Assembly: GCF_021869535.1 (NCBI RefSeq)
Contig: NW_026262668.1
Coordinates: forward strand, 18,104,001-18,168,000
Direction: 5' to 3'
DNA from: Mytilus californianus
Lineage: Eukaryota
DNA: 64,000 nt
Positions 51,041-62,989 of the stretch are shown piece by piece; position 1 is the first letter of the stretch; the number at the start of each line of letters is the position of its first letter. The position numbers were made by a program, and so were the translations under genes. The notes under the pieces were generated by a model. The model searched no databases and was not told the DNA's origin. It worked only from the letters and a program-made list of their open reading frames with translations.

Positions 51041-52998
51041 ATATATTGAATAGTGAGTGTATGTGTGTGTGTCTCCTTTCTACAAATACTCAAAGCAGTT
51101 TGCCATGGACAAAATGTCACAAATTGTTTAACATATGTTTCCGAAAGGAAAAACGAACAACGATTGGACATCTGGTGAAGCCTTATTAAGAATACGTTTA
51201 GTTATGCATGTTGCTAGAATTCTAACGTGGGCTCCAGTTCCTAAAGCAAGAATACAGTTTGTAAAGTTCCACAGAAACCTTTTATTAAGATGTTTAGTCG
51301 TTTAATTGTTTTTTAATGATAACCTTACACGAATTGTCAGTTCTTTTGTTTCGCAGTTAATAATAGACCTCTTCAATATGATGTTTCAAGCAAATAAAAA
51401 ATAGAGTAACTTTTTCCATATTTAGAGCAATAATGTTGTTCAAATGTTCCCATTAAAAGAAAAAAGGACGGAAATATAATGATGTATTTTTTCATAGTTT
51501 TATTTGCAACTGTGTTCCATTTAATGTATTCATAACATGTTATATGCATTCAATAATCCAACAAAATATCCACATTGTTATATAAATCTTAGCTAAAAAG
51601 CTCGAACAGTTCATAATATGAGTTAAACATCTAGCATACAAAATAGGAATGTACTGATTTTGTGTCATGGATGGATACCCCATATCCTTTCTTTTTCTAT
51701 TATATGGATTGATTCTCAAGTATTACTTCATATACACATTGCTTACATTATATAGATCTCTTTACGTTGTAGTCAATCATCCTATATGAAATTTGGTTGT
51801 TTTTTTTTCATCAGTAATTAAAAATCATAAAAGTATGTGTTCAAATGTATTGATTACTCAGGAATACAAGGTAGTCAAGCTTTTTTTTATGTGTTTTAAT
51901 TTTTCTGCTTGTTAAGATTTGTTGCATAAAAATTAACATGGAATTTCTTCACAATTTAGATTTTGCTGCACCTCATGTCCAGTAAATAATCAATACATCA
52001 CACAAATAAGCAATACATTGCAGAAATAATACATACATCATTGCATACAAAGTTTTCTTATCTTTCCATCTCTAATTTTCCTATCTTTCCATCCGTAGTT
52101 TTCCTTTCTTTCCATCCCTGCTAAAGCAGTTTGAATGATCTTTCCATTAATATACTAGTAGTCTTTTAAGTATTTTCTACATAGTTTCATAGTATGAGAA
52201 ATATGAAAATTGTCAGGTGTTTTCCTCCGATCAGATTGAAATGAGAATTATATATTATGAGGGACATTCCCACCATTATTTATATTTAGTTTGGTATAGA
52301 TTGGCCATGGAATTACAGAAAAGAAGACGAAACTGTGATTTAACTTATGGTCGAATGAGGAAAATATAAAGCATCATGTGATTCTATCAAGAAGAATGAT
52401 ATTTTTAAGTAAGCGTATGAATGTATTCGCCAATGTACATGCTTATATATACTCAATCAAAACATGTTATACCCAGATCTTCACGAATCTGTTTGGAGGC
52501 GTACGTCCATAATCTATGAACAATCACGGTCAGGTATGTACACGTTTTTCCGTTTACAAATCTGCCTCTGTGAAACCTTACTTTAGAATAGTAATACGGA
52601 GAAATTTCTCTGAAAAAAAAAATTATTATCTGGTAGGGTAGCCGGATACTAAAAATTTCAACTGCATTAGCGGAACAAATTTAAAAGAAAATACATTAAA
52701 CATTCATTGTTTTCCCGCTTCCTGTCTAAATCATTGTTCTGTTTTTCAAGCAAGCATAATTTGATATGCTCAACAGTATTACTCTGCCATTTTAACCTAC
52801 GTTCAGTTTGGAAATATTATCCTTGTTCTGCCAATCCCGTCATTCTCTATTCCATCTTCTCTGTTCTGTCCCTCAACTAAACATCTGTTTCTATTTGTCG
52901 CTTTTTGAATTTGTTTGCTTTTCTGTCCTCGCAATCTCTAATCTATTTGTCACCGACATTAACCTTTTATCAGTCATTTACAAAGGATGTTAATCATT

Positions 52999-53932
52999 AC
53001 AATTTCTGTCCTGTCTGACAACGTCTCTGTCCTGACTTACAACGTCTCTGTCCTGTCTGACACCGTCTCTGTCCTGACTTACAACGTCACTGTCCTTTCT
53101 GACACCGTCTCTGTCCTGACTTACAACGTCTCTGTCCTGTCTGACACCGTCTCTGTCCTGTCTGACACTGCTTCTGTCCTGTCTGATACCGTCTCTGTCC
53201 TGTCTGACACTGTCTCTGTCCTGACTAACAACGTCTCTGTCCTGACTAACACAGTTTCCGTCCTGACGTACAACGTCTTTGTCAGATGGTTAAATTTAAC
53301 CACTGAATGAACAACAGAAAATAACCAAGGGTTTTGATATTTAAGAGATGAACAACCGGGTCCTGACTTACACCGTCTCTGTCCTGACTCACACCATCTC
53401 TCTCCTAATTTATACCGTCTCTGTCCTGACTCACACCATCTCTCTCCTAATTTACACCTTCTCTGTCCTGACTCACACCATCTCTCTCCTAATTTACACC
53501 TTCTCTGTCCTGACTCACACCATCTCTCTCCTTATTTACACCTTCTCTGTCCTGACTCACACCATCTCTCTCCTAATTTACACCTTCTCTGTCCTGACTC
53601 ACACCATCTCTCTCCTTATTTACACCTTCTCTGTCCTGACTCACACTATCTCTCTCCTAATTTACACCTTCTCTGTCCTGACTCATACCATCTCTCTCCT
53701 TATTTACACTTTCTCTGTGCTGACTCACACCATCTCTCTCCTTATTTACACCTTCTCTGTCCTGACTCACACTATCTCTCTCATAATTTACACCTTCTCT
53801 GTCCTGACTCACACATCTCTCTCCTTATTTACACCTTCTCTGTCCTAACTCACACCATCTCTCTCCTAATTTACACCTTCTCTGTCCTGACTCACACAAC
53901 CTCTCTCCTTATTTACACCTTCTCTGTCCTGT
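52999..53932. repeat. Two adjacent 21-bp minisatellite arrays; the second is a 42-bp dimer repeat
   Basis: 52999-53282 (ACAxCGTCTCTGTCCTGxCTx)n; 53360-53932 (ACACCATCTCTCTCCTAATTT-ACACCTTCTCTGTCCTGACTC)n. Confidence 0.92.
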
Positions 53933-54719
53933 TTCTTGACGTCCGACAATATATAGAGGGGCCTAATGGGTTATTTTCGTTCTTCGTGATCGGCGCATTT
54001 TCGCTATCGTGATCCGTTTTTCTACAGATTTATTTTTTTTTATATTTTCGTGATCCGTGATCAATGTGTTAATTTTTTATAAATAATATGTCATGTGATT
54101 TATATAGTTTTTTTTTCTTGCTTACAAGTATATCTGACAAAAAAAATCGATACTCTGAAAACAGAGAAACCCAACATCACAAGACAACCACAAAGACAAC
54201 ATACGGTCTTCTACAAGAGACACGCATATATCATGTGAACCTCGAGTTAAAAAAAATAATATATCAAATTCTATGTAGACATCTCATTAAATGGACTAAT
54301 ACAGCAACGCCAGAAGAATCAATCAAGGACGAAAAAGTATTTTTGGTGCCCTTTATAGTGTTCAGTGTGAGCCAAGGCTCCGTGATGAAGACCGTACTTT
54401 GACCTATAGTGGTTTACTTTTACAAATTGTGACTTGGATGGAGAGTTGTCTCATTGGCACTCATACCACATCTTCTTATATCTATTTGCTGTTAATGTTG
54501 TAGTTTGCAAAAAAGGGGAAAAGATACCAAAAAGGGGCAATTAAATCGTATGTCGGAGAAATGCATGAAAAGACAAACAGTCAACAAAACATTAAAAAAA
54601 TCTCTACAGTTTAAGCGCATTAAACCAGCCAAAAATCGTGGGTGAACTCATATGATATGTAAAGGTAAGCATGTTCTTGTTTCACTTGTGGCGCCTGTCG
54701 CTAATAAACAATGAAAAGT

Positions 54720-55075
54720 CGTCATAAATCAAGAAAGGAGAACATGGATTATGGATACGACAAATGGAACAATCATATAAAATGTAAAGGGAAACAGGTT
54801 CTTGTTCCACTATTGGGTACTGTCGTGTCGCTTATAAAAGATGACAAGGAGCATTTGACGATGTCATAAACTTTAAGGAAGAAAGGAGAAAATGGATAAT
54901 GGATACAACAAATGGAAAAATCATAATGATCTGTAAATGTAAACAGGTTCTTGTTCTGTTAGTGGCATCTGTCGCTTATAAACAATGATCAGTCGAATTT
55001 GACAATGTCATAAAGGAAGAATGGAGAACAGGGATTGTGGCTACGACAAATGGAACAATCATGTCCATGTGACAC
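54720..55075. repeat. Three degenerate ~145-bp repeats
   Basis: GGAGAA..GGAT..TGG.TAC.ACAAATGGAA.AATCAT recurs near 54738, 54885 and 55023. Confidence 0.55.
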
Positions 55076-55129
55076 ATGTATTCCATTAAGGTAAAACGAT
55101 ATAAAGGTATTATTTTGAATGTAATTTAG

Positions 55130-57432
55130 AAATAAATAAAAGAGTACATAATACGCCTATTTCTAGAATAAGAAACAAACTTCAAGCACTTTCGAAGCGG
55201 TTTGTGTTTGTACCGCCGACAAAGCAGCCAACAATGTGGTGGTGGTATGCCGTAAATACTACACGGACGTACCTAAGAATGAAATTTTAAATTCTTCTAC
55301 ATTCAAGTCCGTGCTCTCCACAGAGAGTCATATATTAAACAATCATATCATAACCACATCACAGCTTAAGGCCTCTTCTGAACATTTGAAGGTCCCTACT
55401 ATGTATATTGGTTACCTAAACTACACATAAAACCAGTAAAATATCGTTTCATCTCGGCCTCTAGTAAGTGTTCTACAACTAATCTTTTAGTGATTTTAAC
55501 TAGTTCCTTAACTACTATCAAAGAACTTATCATTCACTTTTGTAATAAAACATATGAAAATAGTGGAATAAACTATTTTTGGAGTGTAAAACATTCTTTG
55601 GATGTTTTAGATAAATTACGTGCTTGTGATGGTCCTTTTGATTCTGTTGACAATTTTGACTTTTCAACTCTTTACACTACACTTCCATACAATCTTATCA
55701 AACAAAAGTTTTCCTATTTAATTTTAAAAATGGTCGTTTGGTAAATCCAAATGCAAATATATTTGCTGTAACTCATTTAAAGCCTTCTTCTCTAACGAGA
55801 AAGGTAAATATGCTAAATATACTTACTAGAGGTGTGATGAGATGATTGAAGCTGTTAATTTTCTCCTTGATAATATTTATGTACGTTTCGGCAATAAAGT
55901 TTATCGACAGGTTGTAGGTATTCCTATGGGCACCAATTGCGCCCCTTTAATAGCAGACTTGTTATTGTATTGTTATGAATCAAAGTTTATGACCAAACTC
56001 AGTAATGACCTGTCTAAATTGCATTTAATTGATAAATTCAAGAAAACTTACCGTTATCTTGATGGTATTTTTTCGTCAAATAATCAAGAATTTTATAAAT
56101 ATACTGCCGAAATTTACCCAAAGGAACATACTTTAAATAAATCAAATATAAACCGTAATAGCTGTCCTTTCCTAGATTCAAATATTTCAGTTTTACATAG
56201 GAAACTCTACACTAAAATTTACGACAAAAGGGATGATTTTTCGTTCCCTATTTTTAATTTTCCTTTTTTGGACGGTGATGTTCCTTTTGCACCAACTTAC
56301 GGTCTTTATATATCACAACTCGTTCGCTATACCCGTGTCTGTTGTGACGTTTTGGATTTTAGTGAACGTATCTATGTATTACTGGTAAATTATTAAGTCA
56401 GGGATTTCGTTACCACAAATTACTTAAAACCTTTACTAAATTCTTCTATAGATATAAAGATTTGGTTTAGAAGTTTGGTTGTACCTGTAGAAAACTTATT
56501 TCAAACGGGATAGCACATCCTAATTTTTACTGAGATGTTGTTTACTGAGCCCGGAAATTTAGATACGATTCGGCTAAACTTATCGATCCTTTATATACAC
56601 TTATTCTAAAAGGTTACCAATTCAACACTGTAATTCGATCTTTGAATATTGTTTTATTGGGATTACTATTGATTTTGTTATCAGTAAATTAAAACCAAAC
56701 TAAATATTATTTTTATAAACATATGCACATTCATGGCTCTAAAATCTGTCGATACCTGTATCTTGGCATTGCACAAGATCATGTTTTTTCTGACTGTTAA
56801 TGGCGTCTTTACACTAAATCCATTGGATGTTGGATGTGTACTGATTGATATTTTAGTCTTGGATGCATGATTATTTTATTAGTTGTTATTGGCTTTGAAC
56901 TAGCTGTCAGTAACTGCGAGTATACTCCCAGATCTGTATTTAGTGTCTTTTTGTTGTGGGGATGTATAAGTACCCTGCCACGTCCACTGTCTTTGCTATA
57001 TGTATTTCTGTTTGTATCCATCTGATGAGTTAAAGCCTTTTTCAATTGATTTTTATAGGTTGTTCTTATGTTGTACTGTTACACCACTGTCCCAGGTTAG
57101 GGGTAGGGTTTGGCGCCCGCTAACATGTTTAACCCCGCCACATTCTGTATGGGCCTGTCCCAAGTCAGGAGCCTGTAGTTCAGTGGTTGTCGTTTGTTTC
57201 TGTATCATATTTGTTTTTCGTTCATTATTTTGTACATGATTTAGGCCGTTAGTTTTCTCGTTTGAATTGTTTTACATTTGTCATTTCGGGGCCTTTTATA
57301 GCGGACTATGCGGTATGGGTTTTGCTCATGTTGAAGGCCGTACAGTGACCTATAGTTGTTAATTTCTGTGTCATTTGGTCTCTTGTGGAGAGTTGTCTCA
57401 TTGGCAATTATACCACATCTTCTTATTTTTAT
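55130..57432 (+). mobile_element. 5'-truncated Penelope-like retroelement (RT at the C-terminus, Naiad-like), pseudogenised
   Basis: Motifs ADKAANNVVVVC, WLPKLH..P.KYRFI, FDFSTLYTTLP, GIPMGTNCAPLIADL, YRYLDG (D to G in the catalytic motif), KIYDKRDDF.F.I.NFP; several frameshifts and stops; no GIY-YIG after the RT; ~750-nt 3' tail. The clade assignment is an inference. Confidence 0.8.
56789..56862 (+). promoter_or_regulatory. SECIS-like stem-loop, copy in the RT-bearing element (ATGA mutated to ATGG)
   Basis: Helix II GTCTTTACAC/GTGTACTGAT, apical AAA, TCCA/TGGA mini-stem, 3' TGAT, helix I GACT/AGTC. Confidence 0.45.
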
Positions 57433-57520
57433 ATTAAAAAAAGAATCTGATATCATTAACAATATAACTGAAAAGATGGACGTGTATAGCTACAAATCGA
57501 GTATGATAAATCAAGAATTT

Positions 57521-60500
57521 TTATTTAATCCAAACTTGCACACATCTATTGGTAGGCGTGATTCCATAATCAAGAAACAATGTCTGGTCTGCAATCAATT
57601 TGCCATTTTGAATTCGACCTCTGTGGATCCTTATCCGTGTGTAATAGAGTGGAGCAATTTCACTGGAAAAAAAAACAACATTAATTTATCTTTAAGATAT
57701 ATACAAATACAATTATTAACTGTATGCTACGTCTTACTTACACCCATCTGGTTGACATGTTATTTTTCATAAGACACTTGCCCCAGGATTTCGTTATAAA
57801 AATGCAAACAAACCATTTAACCCAATGATCTTCATTGACTTCGTTTTCGAGGTCCAGTATTTTGAACTTTTTTTATTTAAGAATTTAACAAACTTAAATG
57901 CAAGTGGTATTTTCTCTGAATAATTTTCATCACAACAAAGGAAAACGAATGACAAGGAATGACCAGGAACAAAAACTATTTATCTTGCTTTAAAAAGATA
58001 TTGGCGAACAGTTTTATAGTGAGGAAAAGAAATATACATATCTAAAGAAATATAAGACTTGATTGCTAAGAGTACAAATTTCATTAAAGAACACATGATT
58101 TTGACTTGACAATAAAATGTATAATTCTAATTTTGTTTATTGATGTAAATGTGGTCACATGTCATTCTTTTATCTACAGTAAAATATCCATCCATCATCA
58201 TAATGATAATGCCCGTTCGCATTATCATAAAAATGACCGCTCACGATTTTAGGGTAATATAAAAATAAGGAAAATGATATGATTGCCAGAGTTCAAATGA
58301 CGTGGATGTGAGCAACTATAGGTCAACGTAATCACTACTGCCTAGACAATGAGCATAACCCATACCGTAAATTTAGCTATAAAATGCCTAGACGTGACAA
58401 AATGTGAAACAAAATTTAAACGAGAAAACTAACGGCCTGTTTTAGGACAAAACAATAAACGAAAAACAGATATGACAAAACAGCAACCAACGACAACCAC
58501 TAAGTTATAAGCTCCTGACTTACTAGTATGTCCCTTTTTGTCTAAAATTAAACGTTTTTTATTTATTCAATGAAATACACATTTAACTTAAGTAAACGGC
58601 ACTATCGTGATAAATAAACTTCCAATAAAACAGAAGTCTTGATTTTAATAGATACAATGCTCTCGCCTGCGACTCGATAATTTTAAATGTTTCTATCAAT
58701 GCTACTATCTTCTTAGCTACATATATTTCACGATAATGCCCTCTTCAATAGTAACCATAGTTATGTATCTTTTAACAGTCATGGTGACCAGCTGTTGTGT
58801 AAATAGTGTACATCTACCATTGCTAAAAGTACGAACTATACATAATTTGTCTAGCTAGTATTTACTTATATCAAATAGATTGTACCTGACCTGATTTTAG
58901 TTATTTATTGCATAGGATCATAGGTATCTCGTCTATTCGTGATACATGAACTTTGGTGCACTTATGTTGTCATTTACTCTTAAAAGTTTTAAAATATAAA
59001 CAGGATATATCTAGACGTCAGTTAAATCAGAAGCCTGGGTACAAATGGGTCAACATGGGAATAAAAACAATAATATACCTACATCAGTTGAATCAGAAAG
59101 AAACCTGGGTACAAACAGGTCAAAACAGGAATTAAATTACATCAGATGAATCAGAAGCTTGGGTACAAACAGACCAAAATGGAAATAAAATCAACCGTAT
59201 ACCTACGTCAGCTGAAAATGTAGGTACAAACAGACTTAAAATAATTCTCCAAATCTTCAAAAAACTTTGAATTGTTCGAAAAAGAAATTATTTTCCTACC
59301 CAGGAATAGATTACAGGTCTAAGCTGTATTGGCAAAATCTTTCGAAATTTTAGCTCCACAATGCTCTTCAACTTCGTACTTTATTTGGCCATTTAACTTT
59401 TTTGATTCGAGCGTCACTGATGTAAACGTAACTCGTATCTGGCGTACACAAGTTTAAGCCTGATATCTTTGATGACTTTTTATGTGCTGTCAGTAATTAT
59501 GCTGGGTTGGAGAGCATATGGTAAATAAATGAAGTCTACTTACAACCCTGATTCAGGTATTGCCAGGAGCAATTAAAATGTAGGTGAATACTGGTCTACC
59601 GTTTGCATTCCGGTAAAAAATTGCTATCCTTTAAGATATATATCGCATTTTAGAGTAGGACACCAGGATGTTAAATGATAATAACTTGTTGCCAACAGAC
59701 TGATGACAATATAATATAAAAGTAGCAGAATAATAGTATTTATTATACCTCAGTTATCATTTTCTATATAAAATAAGTACACAATATTTTGACTATTTTT
59801 TTTTAAATTGCAAGCGTTGATCTATTTGACCGGTCAATAGTTTCCAACTATTGGACCTCGATGAAACTATTTGACCGCAAGCGTCATTATATTTCGATTT
59901 CGCGGAATTTCAAATGCAGCTACGGGATTGGAGGATGTTGAGAATACCGCGGGAGTTGCGACTTCGCGTTTTACCTATTGTATCTTGGGTTGACGTCAGT
60001 GCAGTACGTAGCCTTAGCATTCAGAATATATATGAAGTAAACGTTAATTAACAGTATGGTTGTGTTTCTGCTTTTTATATTACGATAGTTGATTTAGTCC
60101 CGACATTTATTGTCTGTTGTCTCTTTCGGTATAATAAAACACTTACTGACTGGATATTCGTGGAATAGTAAGTTTATTGTCCCCTCGGATACAACTATTG
60201 CCCTCGACTACGCCTCAGGGCAATAGTTGCACCTCGGGGACAATAAACTTACTATTCCACTCATACCCAGTCAATAAGTATACACTGTTTGTCAACCGGT
60301 TTGCAGAAACAAGAATTACACGTTAGCTTTGAATGTTATTAACTTATAGTACATAGAGTATAAAAACTCTTTTATCTTATATCTTTAACTTTGAACAACG
60401 GTAAATAGATTACTAGTGATTAACATACCTGACAGCTGTATGATGAACTGGACAGTCCCTCCATTTTTCAATGGCATCAAATGATTTAAGAAGTACCAAG

Positions 60501-61454
60501 TTACCCCATTCTCCACCTATGGATCGTTCTGCAGACACGTACGCAATAATATCTTCATGGTTAGAAAATTCCTCAACTAGTTTCCCATCAATATCCCACA
60601 CTTTATCCCTGAGAGTTTCTGACACTTGCTCTAATGGTTTGTTAAAACCAATGAAGCCAACAAAATTGATATCACTTTCAAGAGAGACACTTCTAAGCAC
60701 ATGATAACCATGAGGTAGCACTAATCTGATGCTACGACCATCCACTAATTTGGAATATATCCCCTTATTTATTCCGTCTTCCACATTTTTCGAAGCATTT
60801 GTTTCTGCATATTCTTTCAAATATGATTTGAGTTCTATGAGGAAAGTGAAATCGTTTGCATAATCTTTAAGGTCACACATGCTCTTGGTTGACTGGTATT
60901 TTTCGGTTTTGTTATCTCGAACCTAAGTGTAATCAATACAACAGTGATAAATATATAAATCACAATAACATATTCGTTCATTAATGCGATATCAAAACAA
61001 ATAAACTAGTTAAAAACGTTAAAATATTTGTTGAATCTAATAATGCAAATATATATATATGAGGTTGTTGTAGAATAAAATTCCTATTGATACTGATTAA
61101 TGCATGGGTTGTGTTGTTATTGTAGCATAGAAACTGTACTTTATTTTTGTAACCCAAATGTCAGTATATACTATGTTAAACACTTTATCTAACTTTATAC
61201 TGTGATATACAGTTGTCGATTCCAGTAAGGTCCAGATCGATCACTCACCTAGCCTGGCATCCTGACCCAATCTAATACTTCGTCGACTGTCGAGCAGTGA
61301 GCCAGGATCCCAGGCTATCACTCACCTGCTGATAGGGCACCCGCTGATATAGCACCATCAGATGGCGATATGGTACCTTAGAGAGTAAATTTGATTTACC
61401 TCCCTTTGCACAGAAGCTTAAGTTTTCAGATACAATTTGAAATATATGGGTCAT
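57521..61454 (-). CDS. ABM-like (dimeric alpha+beta barrel) protein, about 254 aa
   Basis: complement(join(57521..57662,60429..60922,61326..61454)). Exons 2-3 are well supported (TTAG and TTTCCAG acceptors, GTATGT donor, phase 2 join gives ...KSFDAIEKWRDCPVHHTAVSEIAPLYYTRIRIHRG...). Exon 1 (GTGAGT donor, phase 0) is tentative. Confidence 0.72.
59300..59485 (+). repeat. Decayed copy of the second HHR repeat family, stem II deleted
   Basis: TTCGAGCGTCACTGATG-[deletion]-TAAACG...TCTGGCGTA; the upstream flank matches the reverse complement of 5789-5820. Confidence 0.7.
60141..60279. mobile_element. 139-bp near-perfect palindrome (hairpin MITE)
   Basis: Arms ACTTAxTGACTGG.TAT..GTGGAATAGTAAGTTTATTGTCCCC..GG..CAACTATTGCCCT and their reverse complement around a short loop. 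Confidence 0.8.
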
Positions 61455-62104
61455 TTCCGTTTTATCATAGACAAGATTTAAATTTAAATTGTTTTGTCAG
61501 GATTTGCTTGAATAAATATTTTTAAAATGTAAGTATTTTTATCGCCCTTATAGTATCTGCTTTAGATTTAAATATTATGTAATCTATAAGGTAAAGGACT
61601 AAAATGTAAATTTCGTTCCAAATATGTTAATATATAACTAGACAAATAATGATGCATTGCCCTCCCATATGCATGAATAAAGGTCTAGGTGTTTATAATA
61701 TAGCCAAAGAGTACAGAACGGATTAAAAAAGAATAGAAAATAATAGGATAAAGATATAGAATAATGGGACTTTATTTGGGGTGCTAAAATTTTAAGAATA
61801 GAGAATATTGGGAAACTAAAATATAAAGATCAGAAAAACATGGGGTGCTGAAATACAAGTGATAGGTGTTTGCTTTACGCAGCATCAGCCCCAAAAGGAT
61901 ATATCGCAGCGATTCTAACATACAAAGAAAAGAGACTACTGGACAAAATGAAAAGAAAAAAAGGACCTAAAGGAATTTAACAATACAAATGATTGATTAA
62001 TTGGTTGATTGATGGCGTTTAATGCCACTTTAGTTTCTATTGGTGGAGGAAGCCGGAGTGCCGTGAGAAAACACAACCCTTAGGCAGGTAAACTGGCAAT
62101 CCTA

Positions 62105-62380
62105 AGTCCCAAGTCAGGAGCCTGTTATTCAGTGGTTGTCGTTTGTTTATGCGTTACATATTTGTTTTTCGTTCATTTTTTGTACATAAATTAGGCCGTT
62201 AGTTTTCTCTTTTGAATTGTTTTACATTGTCATTTCGGGGCCTTTTATAGCTGACTGTGCGATATGGGCTTTGCTCATTGTTGAAGGCCGTACGATGACC
62301 TATAGTTGTTAATTTCTGTGTCAATTGGTCTCTTTTGGAGAGTTGTCTCATTGGCAATCATACCACATCTTCTTTTTTAT
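62105..62380 (+). repeat. Short 3'-tail copy of the PLE-derived repeat
   Basis: Matches 57160-57432. Further fragments at 54360-54485 (+), 29690-29860 (-) and 58258-58520 (-). Confidence 0.85.
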
Positions 62381-62989
62381 AATCCTAGTCAATTAAGATT
62401 GAAGCAGAACATGTAGAACGCACCTCCCTCGAACTCACAACCTCAGCGTTGACAGGCTGGTGATAACTGTCAATGGATTACTTAGACCACTCGACCACAG
62501 AAGCCCCTACAAATAAACTCCAAACCAAATCTCATGAATACAGTTACAAGAGATGGCCGTTGTGTCTGTAAGATACGTTTCTTTCCCTGTAATGAGTTAT
62601 AATAAATTCCATAATACAGGACAATTAATTGTAACAACAGTTTTGTTGTTGTTCCTAACAGACTTTTATAGCGCAAGTTCGACAAAGTTTACAGGGGGAA
62701 TACAATGTGATATTTGTAATAATACAAAATCAAATCCGATATAGCTAGTTAACAATTGTTCTTGTGACTACAAGTATAGAACTGATGTGATAATTTTTTT
62801 TAGAAGAAAATTCATCATAAATGCATATAATAGTCATTGAAATTTATCATGAATTCGTTCTTACATATTCTAAAATTAATAACAAACAATGAGAGCTTGA
62901 TAATAGAATTTTATAAGAAGTGCTACGATTTTTTCTTTCCTTTTGTTAATTTTCCTATCCAGTGCTTCACAAGCTCACGAATATCATGT

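Noticed and set aside
52987-53848. 107-aa and 166-aa repetitive hydrophobic ORFs
   Set aside because: Unit lengths of 21 and 42 bp keep frames open by default; not evidence of a gene.
56531-56548. Two in-frame TGA codons in the PLE RT C-terminus as selenocysteine candidates
   Set aside because: Contexts FY*D and VY*AR correspond to Gly and Lys/Arg in related RTs as I recall them (GGA/CGA to TGA decay), and the copy also has TAG stops and frameshifts.
57022-57060. CTGATGAG (also at 40003) as a hammerhead core in the PLE tail
   Set aside because: No stem II hairpin followed by GAAA and no stem III/UH.
57356-57772. 138-aa plus-strand ORF
   Set aside because: Begins inside a repeat and is the antisense shadow of the real minus-strand exon 57521-57662.
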